Assembly: GCA_964606895.1 (NCBI GenBank)
Contig: CAZSHX010000003.1
Span: 11,921-75,920, forward strand
Reading direction: 5' to 3'
Length of the DNA stretch: 64,000 bases
Source of the DNA: an uncultured Hyphomicrobiales bacterium
Lineage (GTDB): Bacteria; Bacteroidota; Ignavibacteria; Kapaibacteriales; UBA2268
Both the position numbers and the translations under genes were made by a program. The notes below the pieces were generated by a model. The model did not search any database. It was given only the letters and a program-made list of their open reading frames with translations, and had not been told where the DNA came from. Below are positions 19,181 through 30,847 of this stretch, piece by piece. The number at the start of each line of letters is the position of its first letter. The stretch's first letter is position 1.

Positions 19181-21307
19181 ATGAGAAAAATACTACTCGT
19201 GGTTCTTTTGGCAGGACTTGGTTTCAGTGCCAAAGCCCAACATATTCCCTATTTTTTCAATGCAGGTTCGGATCAGGTTTCCGAATCCAAATCCACTTTC
19301 CGTGAAGATCCGGTAAGCGAAAAAGGCAAGTATGACTATCTTCTTTCGGCTATTGTTCATAGAACTTACGATGTGCTGAAATATGACCTTTATATGGATT
19401 GGAACGACGTTCTTTTGAGAAAGGGTGTTGATTCAGCAAGCAGAGTTTGGCGTGGAAGCAATAAAATCACTGTCAGAATTGATTCGGCAAACGTTAAATA
19501 TCTTGAATTTGACGCTGAAAACTTGCAAATTCAGTCTGTTATGGTTAAAAACTTCAACATTACTCCGATTCCTCAGCCTGTAAAAGGATTATTGAGAATC
19601 AATCTGCCCAGTACAAGTAATACCGGCGATACGGTTGATGTTACGATTAACTATCAGTATATTGGTAAAACAGATCTTGGTTTTTATCTCAATCCCGAAA
19701 AGCAGTATGTTGGTCTTCTGCCAAACGGAGATTCAGTTTTCGTTGAAGCTCGTCTTGCTTACACGATGAGCGAACCGCAGGATGCCCGCTTTTGGATGCC
19801 TTGCAACGATGCTCCTCACGACAAAGCTATTGCAACAATAAGCGTTAGGGTTCCTAAGGACTTCACAGCCGTTTCCAACGGTCTGGTTTACAAAGTTGAT
19901 GATATGAATGACTATAAAGTTTTTACATGGAAAGATAACACTCCGATTGCAACTTATCTAATGGCAGTTACAGCTTCCAAATTTGCTACTTTTTCGCATT
20001 GGTACAAAAAAGTAACGAATCCCAAAGATTCTATTGAGATTCAGTATTATATCTGGCAGAAGGATTATGATGCAACCAAAACAGACCAAACCCAGTATAA
20101 TGCCCACAATACATTCCTTCCCGTTGTTGACATGGTTACGACTTATGCCAATAAATTTATCGAATATCCATTTATAAAATACGGAATGGTTGCTATTCAG
20201 CCATTTAGTTTCGGAGGAATGGAGCATCAGACAATAACCTCGATTAACAGAGTCTGGATGAGAACTGCAGACCAGTTTGGCGTTGCTCACGAACTTGCTC
20301 ATCAATGGCTGGGCGACTTAATTACTTGTGCAACTTGGAAAGATGTCTGGATTAACGAAGGCGGAGCAACATGGAGCGAAGGTCTTTGGGCTGAAAAACT
20401 TTGGGGTTCACCGGGATATATGGACCGCATGTATTGGAAAAGATTTGAATATATGAGAGCAGGAGGGCTTTCTCTGCCAGCAATTTACGACTTGCCGGTA
20501 AATACAATTTTTGGTGATAATTATATCCTTGTTTATCAGAAAGCCAGCTGGGTTTATCATCAGCTGAGAACAATGCTCGGAGATTCCGTTTACTTCCCTG
20601 TCCTAAGGAAAATGTTGAACAAATATGCTTATAAATCAATCGAAAGCGAAGATTTCAAAAATCATTTTGTAAATGAAGTCAAAAATCCGCCAATAAGTTT
20701 AACAACCTATTTTGACCAGTGGCTGAAACATCCCGGACATCCGGTATTTGATATCGCAGTAGTTTCAACAAAATCAGGGCAGGATTACAATCAAAGCATT
20801 ACAATCAATCAGGTTCAAAAAGGTCCCGACATTCCCGCAAGTTTTGAAACTGTTGTAAGAATGTTGTTCTGGGGAAATAATGGCACTTTAACAATGGACA
20901 CGCTGGTTGTTAAACAAGGTAGCGAAAATTTCAATGTTGTACTGCCATTTATACCCGATTCGGTTAAACTTGATTCATCATTTTCTATGTTTGAAATTAA
21001 AACCTTACTGACTACCGTTCAGGAAGACAAAGGCGGCAGTCAGATTCAGAAAATGGAAATCAGACCAAATCCCGCTTCCGGCGATGATGTTACTTATGTG
21101 TTAATCCCCGTTAAACATTCAGGTATTTGCAACATTGACCTTTATGACAATTTGGGAAACAAACTAAGAAATATCTACAACAGTCAGCTTGACGAAGGTA
21201 CTTACAAGTTCTCGATTCCAACCGAATCATTGCCATCCGGAGTATATCGTATTATATATAGAAATGCTTCAAAAGTCGAGTCAACACAATTCGTTATAGT
21301 TAAATAA
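19181..21307 (+). CDS. M1 family aminopeptidase (gluzincin) with a T9SS C-terminal sorting domain
   Basis: GGMEH (GAMEN-like) exopeptidase motif. HELAHQW…WINEG, i.e. HExxH followed 18 residues later by E. Signal peptide. C-terminal ~80-aa Por-secretion-type beta tail. Confidence 0.85.
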   Translation: MRKILLVVLLAGLGFSAKAQHIPYFFNAGSDQVSESKSTFREDPVSEKGKYDYLLSAIVHRTYDVLKYDLYMDWNDVLLRKGVDSASRVWRGSNKITVRIDSANVKYLEFDAENLQIQSVMVKNFNITPIPQPVKGLLRINLPSTSNTGDTVDVTINYQYIGKTDLGFYLNPEKQYVGLLPNGDSVFVEARLAYTMSEPQDARFWMPCNDAPHDKAIATISVRVPKDFTAVSNGLVYKVDDMNDYKVFTWKDNTPIATYLMAVTASKFATFSHWYKKVTNPKDSIEIQYYIWQKDYDATKTDQTQYNAHNTFLPVVDMVTTYANKFIEYPFIKYGMVAIQPFSFGGMEHQTITSINRVWMRTADQFGVAHELAHQWLGDLITCATWKDVWINEGGATWSEGLWAEKLWGSPGYMDRMYWKRFEYMRAGGLSLPAIYDLPVNTIFGDNYILVYQKASWVYHQLRTMLGDSVYFPVLRKMLNKYAYKSIESEDFKNHFVNEVKNPPISLTTYFDQWLKHPGHPVFDIAVVSTKSGQDYNQSITINQVQKGPDIPASFETVVRMLFWGNNGTLTMDTLVVKQGSENFNVVLPFIPDSVKLDSSFSMFEIKTLLTTVQEDKGGSQIQKMEIRPNPASGDDVTYVLIPVKHSGICNIDLYDNLGNKLRNIYNSQLDEGTYKFSIPTESLPSGVYRIIYRNASKVESTQFVIVK

Positions 21308-21326
21308 AATAAAATTTTGTATATTT

Positions 21327-21370
21327 AGAAATTCCATCTTTCACAAGGTGGAATTTCTAATTTATTTTTT
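21327..21370 (+). terminator. Rho-independent terminator after the aminopeptidase gene
   Basis: Hairpin agaaattccatctttcacaaggtggaatttct followed by a T-rich tract. Confidence 0.65.
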
Positions 21371-21391
21371 ATTTAACTAACTCAAAATTAT

Positions 21392-22543
21392 ATGTCTGAA
21401 CAACTACCACCTCCCAAAAAAGACCGACTGATCTTTATTGACGTTATGCGCGGCATAGCTGTTCTCTGGATGATTGAAACTCATGTTATTGATGTAGTAT
21501 TAAAATCCGTCTATAAGTCAGGTTTTATCTACAACATGACCAATCTGTCAAACGGATTCGTTGCAGTCAGCTTTTTGTTTTGTGCCGGTGCGGGCTTTTG
21601 GCTTGCCGCAATGAAAAAAGCAGACGATTATAAGCATTTCAGGGCACCGCTTTGGGTTTACCTCCGAAGGCTTGGACTAATTCTCATAATTGCCTATTGG
21701 CTTCATTTCCCGGCATTATCGCTTCAGAAGTTCTTTCTTCTTGACTATGCAGGATGGCTGAGGTTTTTCGAATGTGATGTGCTTCAGACTATAGTTTATT
21801 CATCTTTGATTGCATTGATTATTTTAATGGTTACTCCAAAAATCAAATATCTTCCATATATTTTTGCAGTTCTGGCATTAATCGTTTTTCTTGCAGCTCC
21901 TTTTGTTTGGTGTTCTGACCCATTAATGTATATGCCTCCATTTTTTGGTGCTTTATTTGCAAAATTTCCGATTTCCAAATTTCCGTTGCTTCCATGGAGC
22001 GGTTACTTTTTTGCAGGTACTGCATTAACAGCATATTTTATGAGTTATGAAAACAAGAAAAAACTTGCTCAGATTCTTGCTATTGTTAGCGTATCACTCG
22101 TATTTATCATTTATAATTTCAACTATTATTTGAATTTCTATCCAAGCGTTACTAATTGGTGGCATACTTCACCTTTCCACTCACTCTTCCGTGTTTGCGG
22201 TGCAATCGGAGCTTTTTCAATTTTATTCCTTCTTGAAAAATGGTACAAAGATACAAGATTTGGAAATGCCATGAAACTTTGCGGCCAAGAATCTTTATAT
22301 GTTTATGTCAGTCATAATATGCTCGTTTACGGCTCAATTGCTAATTATGGCATGAGAACAATGATTGGTAACAGATTGGAAGTTCCCGGAACAATTCTTA
22401 TTATTATCGGTGTTGCAATCGGATGTTACGTTACGGCTTTGGGCTGGAATGTGCTTAAAGCTAAGGACATTAAGCGAGCGAGATTAGTAATGGCTGGTAT
22501 TTTTGCTTTATTTGTAATTATCTTTTTAGTGAATCCTGCATAG
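21392..22543 (+). CDS. Polytopic membrane protein, DUF1624/HGSNAT-like acyltransferase family
   Basis: N-terminal RLIFIDVMRGIAVLWMIETHV motif typical of the heparan-glucosaminide N-acetyltransferase-like family. About 10 TM segments. Confidence 0.55.
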   Translation: MSEQLPPPKKDRLIFIDVMRGIAVLWMIETHVIDVVLKSVYKSGFIYNMTNLSNGFVAVSFLFCAGAGFWLAAMKKADDYKHFRAPLWVYLRRLGLILIIAYWLHFPALSLQKFFLLDYAGWLRFFECDVLQTIVYSSLIALIILMVTPKIKYLPYIFAVLALIVFLAAPFVWCSDPLMYMPPFFGALFAKFPISKFPLLPWSGYFFAGTALTAYFMSYENKKKLAQILAIVSVSLVFIIYNFNYYLNFYPSVTNWWHTSPFHSLFRVCGAIGAFSILFLLEKWYKDTRFGNAMKLCGQESLYVYVSHNMLVYGSIANYGMRTMIGNRLEVPGTILIIIGVAIGCYVTALGWNVLKAKDIKRARLVMAGIFALFVIIFLVNPA

Positions 22544-22552
22544 GTTTTTTAA

Positions 22553-24619
<2,067 letters not shown>

Positions 24620-24699
24620 GAGTTGAGGTTTTTAGACGGTTAGGTGTTTAGGTGGTAAAGAGTCATCCTTGTGTGTCTGCGGAGCAGACGGAGGTAGAT

Positions 24700-25535
24700 A
24701 ATCTTTCCCAAATTGCATCTTTTATTATTTCCCGAAAAAGATGCAATCAATTTTCAGCTAAACGGTTGATATTATTTCAAATAACAAAATTTTAACCATT
24801 GCATCATTGGATGCAAAATGATGCAAAGATGCAATTTTTGGATGTTTTTTCAAAGAACAGATTTGTATGTTCCGTAGGAACAACCTGTTTGTAGAAACCC
24901 AAAACATTTTAAACATCAAGCTCCGTAGGAGCGGACAGTTGAAATTATGAATTTGAATAATTAGATCGCTCCTACGGAGTTTTAATATTATATGGTCTAC
25001 TTTTCTACAAACAGTTGCTCCGCTGGAGCAATTCTCACTTCATTTTTCCCAATTTGCATTGCATCATCAAAAAATATAATTTAAAAAATGTAATTATTTA
25101 ACAGCTAACCTGTTGATATTATTTCAAATAACGATATTTTTCTCGTTGCATCTTTGGGCTAAAAAAGATGCAAAGATGCAATTTTTGGATGTTTTTTCAA
25201 AGAACACATTTGTATGTTCCATAGGAACAACCTGTTTGTAGAAACCCAAAACATTTTAAACATCAAGCTCCGTAGGAGCGGACAGTTGAAATTATGAATT
25301 TGAATAATTAGATCGCTCCTACGGAGTTTTAATATTATATGGTCTACTTTTCTACAAACAGTTGCTCCGCTGGAGCAATTCTCACTTCATTTTTCCCAAT
25401 TTGCATTGCATCATCAAAAAATATAATTTAAAAAATGTAATTATTTAACAGCTAACCTGTTGATATTATTTCAAATAACGATATTTTTCTCGTTGCATCT
25501 TTGGGCTAAAAAAGATGCAAAGATGCAAATTCTTA
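24700..25535. repeat. Tandem array of a ~346-bp structured repeat: a partial leading unit, two ~99%-identical full units (24821-25167 and 25168-25513) and a trailing stub
   Basis: Direct sequence comparison. Each unit contains multiple palindromes (gttccgtaggaac; ctccgtaggagcg…cgctcctacggag; ttgctccgctggagcaa; ggaacaacctgtttgtagaaa pairing at long range with tttctacaaacagttgctcc), plus the TTGCATCTTT…AAAGATGCAA hairpin and the GTTGATATTATTTCAAATAAC box. Confidence 0.85.
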
Positions 25536-25718
25536 CAGCCTTCTCCAAGAATAGGATGGGGTAAGGTTGACTTACTTTCAATGTACGAAATCAAAAGCAA
25601 TTAACGAAGATAACGATTATTTATTGCTATAAAATTGGAGTAATAATTTACTTCTTATTACAAGAATCGGCAGGTGGAGTTCCTGCCGATTTGGTAAATG
25701 CTGATTTTATAAACTCAT

Positions 25719-28004
25719 TTACGTCTTTACTAATTTTATTACGTGGACATAACCCATTGAAGAGAGCTTTACGATATAAACTCCCAATGGTAATGCAGAT
25801 ATATTATAGTTGAACTCTGATGTGGAACCATTATTGTTATCGTTTGCATAAGCAGATAAATCCATGACTTCGTCACCGAAAATATCCAATATTTTAAAAC
25901 TAAGCGGGCTATCCTTAACAGAATAAAGACCATATATTTTGAATTTTACTATATTTGAAACAGGATTTGGAGCTATACTAATAAAAAAGTAAGGATTAAA
26001 AATATTGACAGTTTCTTTAACAATATTAAGCGAATCCGGCATTTTTACACCCCTGATTAAGCGATTGTAGCCGTAAAGGAAAACAGTATCTTTATTCTTG
26101 ATTGTAATTCCTGAATAATCACAAGATCTTGCCCATCCCGACTTTGCAGGTATTTGTTCGCTTTGCCAATTTTTGCCTCCGTCGGTTGTTATAAAAACCG
26201 TGTCATTTATTGAGCCGGCAATGCCCAATTGAGAGTCTAAAAATTTCATTGATGAAATTCTATGCTTATTTGAGTCTAACTTCTGCCAATTCCAGCTTTG
26301 ACCACCGTCAGTGGTTACCAGCATATCATAACCCGAACCAAAAAGAAAACCGTTATTTTCATCTTTAAAGTAGGCATTATCAACATAGAGTCTGGCATTG
26401 CCAACTGTTGCAATTGTATCGAATGAATCGCCGCCGTTTTCGGTTTTTAGAACTCTGTACGCATTTCCATAAGGAAAATTTATTGTGTCGTCTGTCGGGT
26501 AGGCACCCTGCCTGCCGTGAATGAAGCCGACATCTTTTGTTTTGAAATCAACTTCCCAAAAATTCATCATATTTTTGGTAGATAATATAGCTTTTGTGAA
26601 CCAAGTCTCTCCTCCATCAGTCGTTTTGCTGAAATTCGAATCTGAAACGGCAAAGCCGGTTTCTTCTTCGGGAAAACTCAGCGAACGAGCTTTAATTTTA
26701 TCATTTGCTGTCCAAGCTAAACCACCGTCACTCGTAAATATTGTTAAATCTGCAAGATATTTGGGCGGTTGAAATTGTCTTTTGCCGACAAGGAAACCTT
26801 CTTTTTCTGATTTGAAATGATGAGCGAAAAGTGTTGAACCTCCAAATTTTAAATAATAATCTATGGAATCATAGGGGTAACTATGGTTGAACATAGTGCC
26901 GCCATCCACAGACCTGAATATATTGCTTTTTTCGCCATAAAACAAACATTCGTTTTCATTTAGAAATGCAAGGCCTGCCATATAAATCATCGTTGGTTGT
27001 ACTGTCATATCAAACCAGTTTACAAATTTAAAGTTATTGCCGTAATCAGTTGATTTAACAATACTATGGTTAAATCCAAGATAATATATTGTGCCGTTAT
27101 CTAATGCAGATATTGAATTAATTAAAACCGACTCAGGATATACATTCAGGTAATCCTTTGTTGTTAGTTCGGTATTGCTAAAAGTTTTAAAGAAATCATC
27201 TGTTTTAAATACTCCTTTCCAACCGAATAATAATACCTTTTGGGGTCCATACATTTTGGCACCAACCCAATATTCCCATAAATCCAATTTAACTGTATCC
27301 CATGTTTGCCCGCCGTCGGTAGTAGTATAAGTCAGTGAACGATGACCAAGACTATCCATGCCGCCGATAACTCCATGATTTATATCAAAAAAATCAACTG
27401 CACAAAGCTGAAATAACTTATTATGGTTTTGAAATATGCTTGTCCAGTTATCTCCGCCGTCAACGGTTTTGAAGGCAAAATTATGCTCACCTACTGTATA
27501 GCCTGTCTTGTCGTCTATGAATTTTATTCTTTTCAGGCAGGTGCTGTCATTCTCAAATTTCAGAACCCAGTTCTTTCCGCCGTCTGTTGTTTTGTAGATA
27601 ACACCTCTGTCGCCTACAGCAATTATGTTATTATTATCAATCATTTTTACTGCAAATAACCTTTTATTCCCAACTTTTTGTGAAGTCCATGTTTTGCCGG
27701 AATTCTGAGTGGAAAGAACGTAACCGCTGTCGCCCACAGCAAAACCGTTATTCGTATCTGTAAAACTAACAGACATTAAATTTGCCCGGATGTATGATTC
27801 CTGCCATTTCCACTTAACTCCGCCGTCATAGGACCTAAGAATTTTTCCATCATTACCGACAAGATAGAAATTCAGGGAATCAATTAATAAGATTTCTTTT
27901 TCATCTGCAGAAATGTTCTGCCATATAAATTTAGCATGACTTGGGTTTGGGAATAGATATAGGATTACAAGAAAAATGTAAAAAACAGTTTTTAAAGTTT
28001 TCAT
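25719..28004 (-). CDS. BNR/Sortilin-type beta-propeller repeat protein with a T9SS C-terminal sorting domain
   Basis: Many S/T-x-D-G-G-x-(T/N)-W repeats (YDGGVKW, TDGGKNW, VDGGDNW, TDGGQTW, TDGGETW, TDGGQSW, TDGGKNW). Signal peptide. C-terminal Por-type tail. Confidence 0.7.
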   Translation of the reverse strand: MKTLKTVFYIFLVILYLFPNPSHAKFIWQNISADEKEILLIDSLNFYLVGNDGKILRSYDGGVKWKWQESYIRANLMSVSFTDTNNGFAVGDSGYVLSTQNSGKTWTSQKVGNKRLFAVKMIDNNNIIAVGDRGVIYKTTDGGKNWVLKFENDSTCLKRIKFIDDKTGYTVGEHNFAFKTVDGGDNWTSIFQNHNKLFQLCAVDFFDINHGVIGGMDSLGHRSLTYTTTDGGQTWDTVKLDLWEYWVGAKMYGPQKVLLFGWKGVFKTDDFFKTFSNTELTTKDYLNVYPESVLINSISALDNGTIYYLGFNHSIVKSTDYGNNFKFVNWFDMTVQPTMIYMAGLAFLNENECLFYGEKSNIFRSVDGGTMFNHSYPYDSIDYYLKFGGSTLFAHHFKSEKEGFLVGKRQFQPPKYLADLTIFTSDGGLAWTANDKIKARSLSFPEEETGFAVSDSNFSKTTDGGETWFTKAILSTKNMMNFWEVDFKTKDVGFIHGRQGAYPTDDTINFPYGNAYRVLKTENGGDSFDTIATVGNARLYVDNAYFKDENNGFLFGSGYDMLVTTDGGQSWNWQKLDSNKHRISSMKFLDSQLGIAGSINDTVFITTDGGKNWQSEQIPAKSGWARSCDYSGITIKNKDTVFLYGYNRLIRGVKMPDSLNIVKETVNIFNPYFFISIAPNPVSNIVKFKIYGLYSVKDSPLSFKILDIFGDEVMDLSAYANDNNNGSTSEFNYNISALPLGVYIVKLSSMGYVHVIKLVKT

Positions 28005-28115
28005 TTGATTCTCAGAATTATTGGATAATTGAACTATTGATTTATTTCACCGTTAATACAATGACAGACAAAATTTCATTTAGAATCTTTGTCTGCCACT
28101 GATAGTAAATTAATG

Positions 28116-28700
28116 CTATGGACAACTTCCGTTACATGGTGAGTCACAATTATCACCTAAGACACTATTACTAATCCAAGTTATAGTTTTAATTCCAGCT
28201 GTACAGCAGACATGATAAATCCCTTGACAATATGAATTTCCATTGCAAGATATACCATTTGTCCAACATCTGTCATAATAAGCCCTATATTCGATAAATT
28301 CATCAGGACATGGAGGGCAAATCCATGGTAAATTATGGGGATTTTGTTTTAAAATGGCTTCAGCTAAAAGTCTCATTAATAGTGGTCCATCATAAATATA
28401 CTCAATTGGTGGACAGTTTGGGTCGACAGGTCCTCCTCCTTTTACATAAACCTCAATATATGGTGCAACAACTCCAACACTTCTCCAACAATAACACACA
28501 TTGTATGCACATATCTTCCCATTGGGAAAAGTTACATAGACTACCGTACTTGGCATTGAAATCCATGGGATATTAACGGGAGGAATATCAGTAGGGCAGG
28601 GGTCTTCACATAAGGCAAAAGACTTCAGTGAAGTTAAAGTAAACAATAATGCAATTATTGAAATGTAATAAAAGTAGCGTTTTATAAATAGTTTAAACAT
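28116..28700 (-). CDS. Cysteine-rich secreted hypothetical protein (16 Cys in ~165 mature residues)
   Basis: Signal peptide. Cys-dense motifs CEDPCPTD, CAYNVCYCW, CPPCPDE, CNGNSYCQGIYHVCCTAG, DNCDSPCNGSCP. Confidence 0.5.
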   Translation of the reverse strand: MFKLFIKRYFYYISIIALLFTLTSLKSFALCEDPCPTDIPPVNIPWISMPSTVVYVTFPNGKICAYNVCYCWRSVGVVAPYIEVYVKGGGPVDPNCPPIEYIYDGPLLMRLLAEAILKQNPHNLPWICPPCPDEFIEYRAYYDRCWTNGISCNGNSYCQGIYHVCCTAGIKTITWISNSVLGDNCDSPCNGSCP

Positions 28701-28833
28701 ATAAGTACCTTAATATTATAATAACAAAATGAAATTAATTGTGTAATTTTGCAATTGACAAATCACTTGGGTCCTGAACTTTCAGTGATTTTTCGACGAG
28801 GAATCTGGAATTTTCTTCCGGATTTTGTTATTG

Positions 28834-28868
28834 GTCAAGACTGTCGTACCAGTCTTGACCTTTTTTTA
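28834..28868 (+). terminator. Terminator-like hairpin on the + strand with no upstream + strand ORF (possible small RNA 3' end)
   Basis: ggtcaagactgtcgtaccagtcttgacc followed by ttttttt. Further stem-loops lie upstream at 28775-28830. Confidence 0.4.
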
Positions 28869-29244
28869 AGACGCATAGTTTTTCCCTCTCAAAAGTGAAT
28901 GAAAACAGACAATTAAGAAATAAATTTGGAATTTTTCAAATATAACAAAGCCTAAGTATGACAAAAAAGATGTCTTACTCTGTTTTTCTGCTTTTTTGCA
29001 ATTCAGTAAGTGAAATTATATAGAACTATTTTTTGGTTGCAAATCTATCCTCGTTAATCATTTTACGAAAAATAATAAAGTTACAAATCATACAATGACA
29101 ATATAACATTAATTTTTTTACAAAGCAAGACATTATTTATTTATTTTTTGGGGATTAGTTAGCTAATGTTTAAATACATAAATTTCAGTGAATTTTTTTC
29201 TACGAATAAATTCAAGGAAGTGGAAACAAGCAACAGATCAAATC

Positions 29245-30027
29245 TTACTGTTTCTCCCCCATCCACATAACTTGCTGGGGAAATGGAATGACAATGCCTG
29301 CTTCGTCAAGGGCTTTTTTCATCAAAAGCAGAGAGTCCTTTTTCATCGCCCACCAATGCGTTGTGGGAGCCCAAAGACGGATTTCAATGTCAATTGAACT
29401 TTCGGCTAACTTCAGAACAAATATTTCAGGGGCAGGATTAACCAATACAAGCGGATGATTATCGGCAGTAGCCTTTAATACCTTAATTGCAAGCTCAACA
29501 TTCGAGGTATAATCAATTCCTATTACGTACTCAACTCTTCGGGCACAATGAACAACGTTGTTCACGATGTTCGACAGAAATACTTTTTCGTTTGGTATTC
29601 GGACATAAAGCCCGTCGTAGGTTCTGATGATTGTGGAAAGCACCTTAATATCTTCAACAAAACCACCGAATCCCTCAATATTAACATCACTTCCGATGCT
29701 GACAGGACGTTCTACAAACAAAAACAAACCCGAAATAAGATTGCCGACAATCCTCTGGCTTGCAAATCCGAGAACTATACCCGCAATTCCGCCTGCAACC
29801 ATCAATCCCGAAAAATTCACGCCAAAGAAAGTAAGAATTGAAAATATATATAATAATATTATTCCATAATATGAAAACTTCAAAATAAAACTCAGCTGAG
29901 TTTTATTCAGCTTGTCCTTGAATAATCTTTTCAAACGGATGCTTATAAACTTGGCGATGAAAAGCACCACAACAAAAATTGCAACTGATATTCCCAGCTC
30001 CATCAATGAAAATCCTTTGAATATCAT
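29245..30027 (-). CDS. Small-conductance mechanosensitive channel (MscS family)
   Basis: Three TM helices followed by the MscS beta domain (GFASQRIVGNLISGLFLFVERPVSIGDVNIEG…FVEDI…RTYDG). Confidence 0.85.
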   Translation of the reverse strand: MIFKGFSLMELGISVAIFVVVLFIAKFISIRLKRLFKDKLNKTQLSFILKFSYYGIILLYIFSILTFFGVNFSGLMVAGGIAGIVLGFASQRIVGNLISGLFLFVERPVSIGSDVNIEGFGGFVEDIKVLSTIIRTYDGLYVRIPNEKVFLSNIVNNVVHCARRVEYVIGIDYTSNVELAIKVLKATADNHPLVLVNPAPEIFVLKLAESSIDIEIRLWAPTTHWWAMKKDSLLLMKKALDEAGIVIPFPQQVMWMGEKQ

Positions 30028-30815
30028 AGTCCTGCCTCCATCATAAATTTGGTTGAAGTAACGCTGAGCATAAGCCTTTTCTGCCGGTAAATCTGGAAAG
30101 ATTTATCATAGGATGAATTAGACGGCAAATCCTCGAAGTCCGTTTCGGCAATAAGATGATTAAATATTTTCACATTTGCCTTTGAATATACTTCTTCGGG
30201 TGTATAGTTGACAGTCATCCGACTGCAGTCAAAAACTATCCGATTCATTTCAATCCAGTTATCCGTTGAATTCGTTATACTGACCTCGAGTATTCCTTCC
30301 TTGACATAATCCGTCTGAGGCTTTTCGTGATAAACGGAGCTTTTAAAATAACGGCAAATTGTGCCAATATGTGGGTCGCCGTAAAGCGAAAATTTTGCAG
30401 GAACAAAGCTGAAAATATCAATCAAATCGGATTGCTCGCCCGTAATAACAAAAACACCGATATGAACAGGAAATTTCAGATAAATACTATTAATTGAATC
30501 AGGTTCGATTTCCATTCGGCTGTCGAATTCAATCATCAGATGCTTGGCTGATTTGAAGTCAAGAAAAATCGGTTCAACGGGATGAATGATTATTTGAGCA
30601 TTTTTTGCAAGAATTTCTTTTTCCTCAATTGCTCCAAGAAAATTCCTGTAATAATACAGACCGTTTGGCTGAGTATGGAGATTCATAGCCAGAAAGTCAT
30701 TTTCGATAGCATAAGGCGGACTATAATGTCCGTAGGTAAGCTCATCAAACACAGTAACAGGATTCATTTTTTTTCCTTCCAAGAAAAAAAACCTCTTGTG
30801 CAAAGCATACATCAA
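30024..30815 (-). CDS. Hypothetical protein (no recognisable domain), overlapping the MscS gene start
   Basis: 263-aa ORF with plausible coding composition and a 4-nt overlap with the downstream MscS gene. The likely start is the internal Met (MNPVTVF) at ~30770. Confidence 0.5.
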   Translation of the reverse strand: MMYALHKRFFFLEGKKMNPVTVFDELTYGHYSPPYAIENDFLAMNLHTQPNGLYYYRNFLGAIEEKEILAKNAQIIIHPVEPIFLDFKSAKHLMIEFDSRMEIEPDSINSIYLKFPVHIGVFVITGEQSDLIDIFSFVPAKFSLYGDPHIGTICRYFKSSVYHEKPQTDYVKEGILEVSITNSTDNWIEMNRIVFDCSRMTVNYTPEEVYSKANVKIFNHLIAETDFEDLPSNSSYDKSFQIYRQKRLMLSVTSTKFMMEAGL

Positions 30816-30847
30816 GAGGTTTAAAAAAAAAAGAAAAGTAACATGCT

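Noticed and set aside
24700-25535. Possible CRISPR array
   Set aside because: The repeat unit is ~346 bp with no unique spacers, and no cas genes are nearby. It is a tandem duplication, not a CRISPR array.
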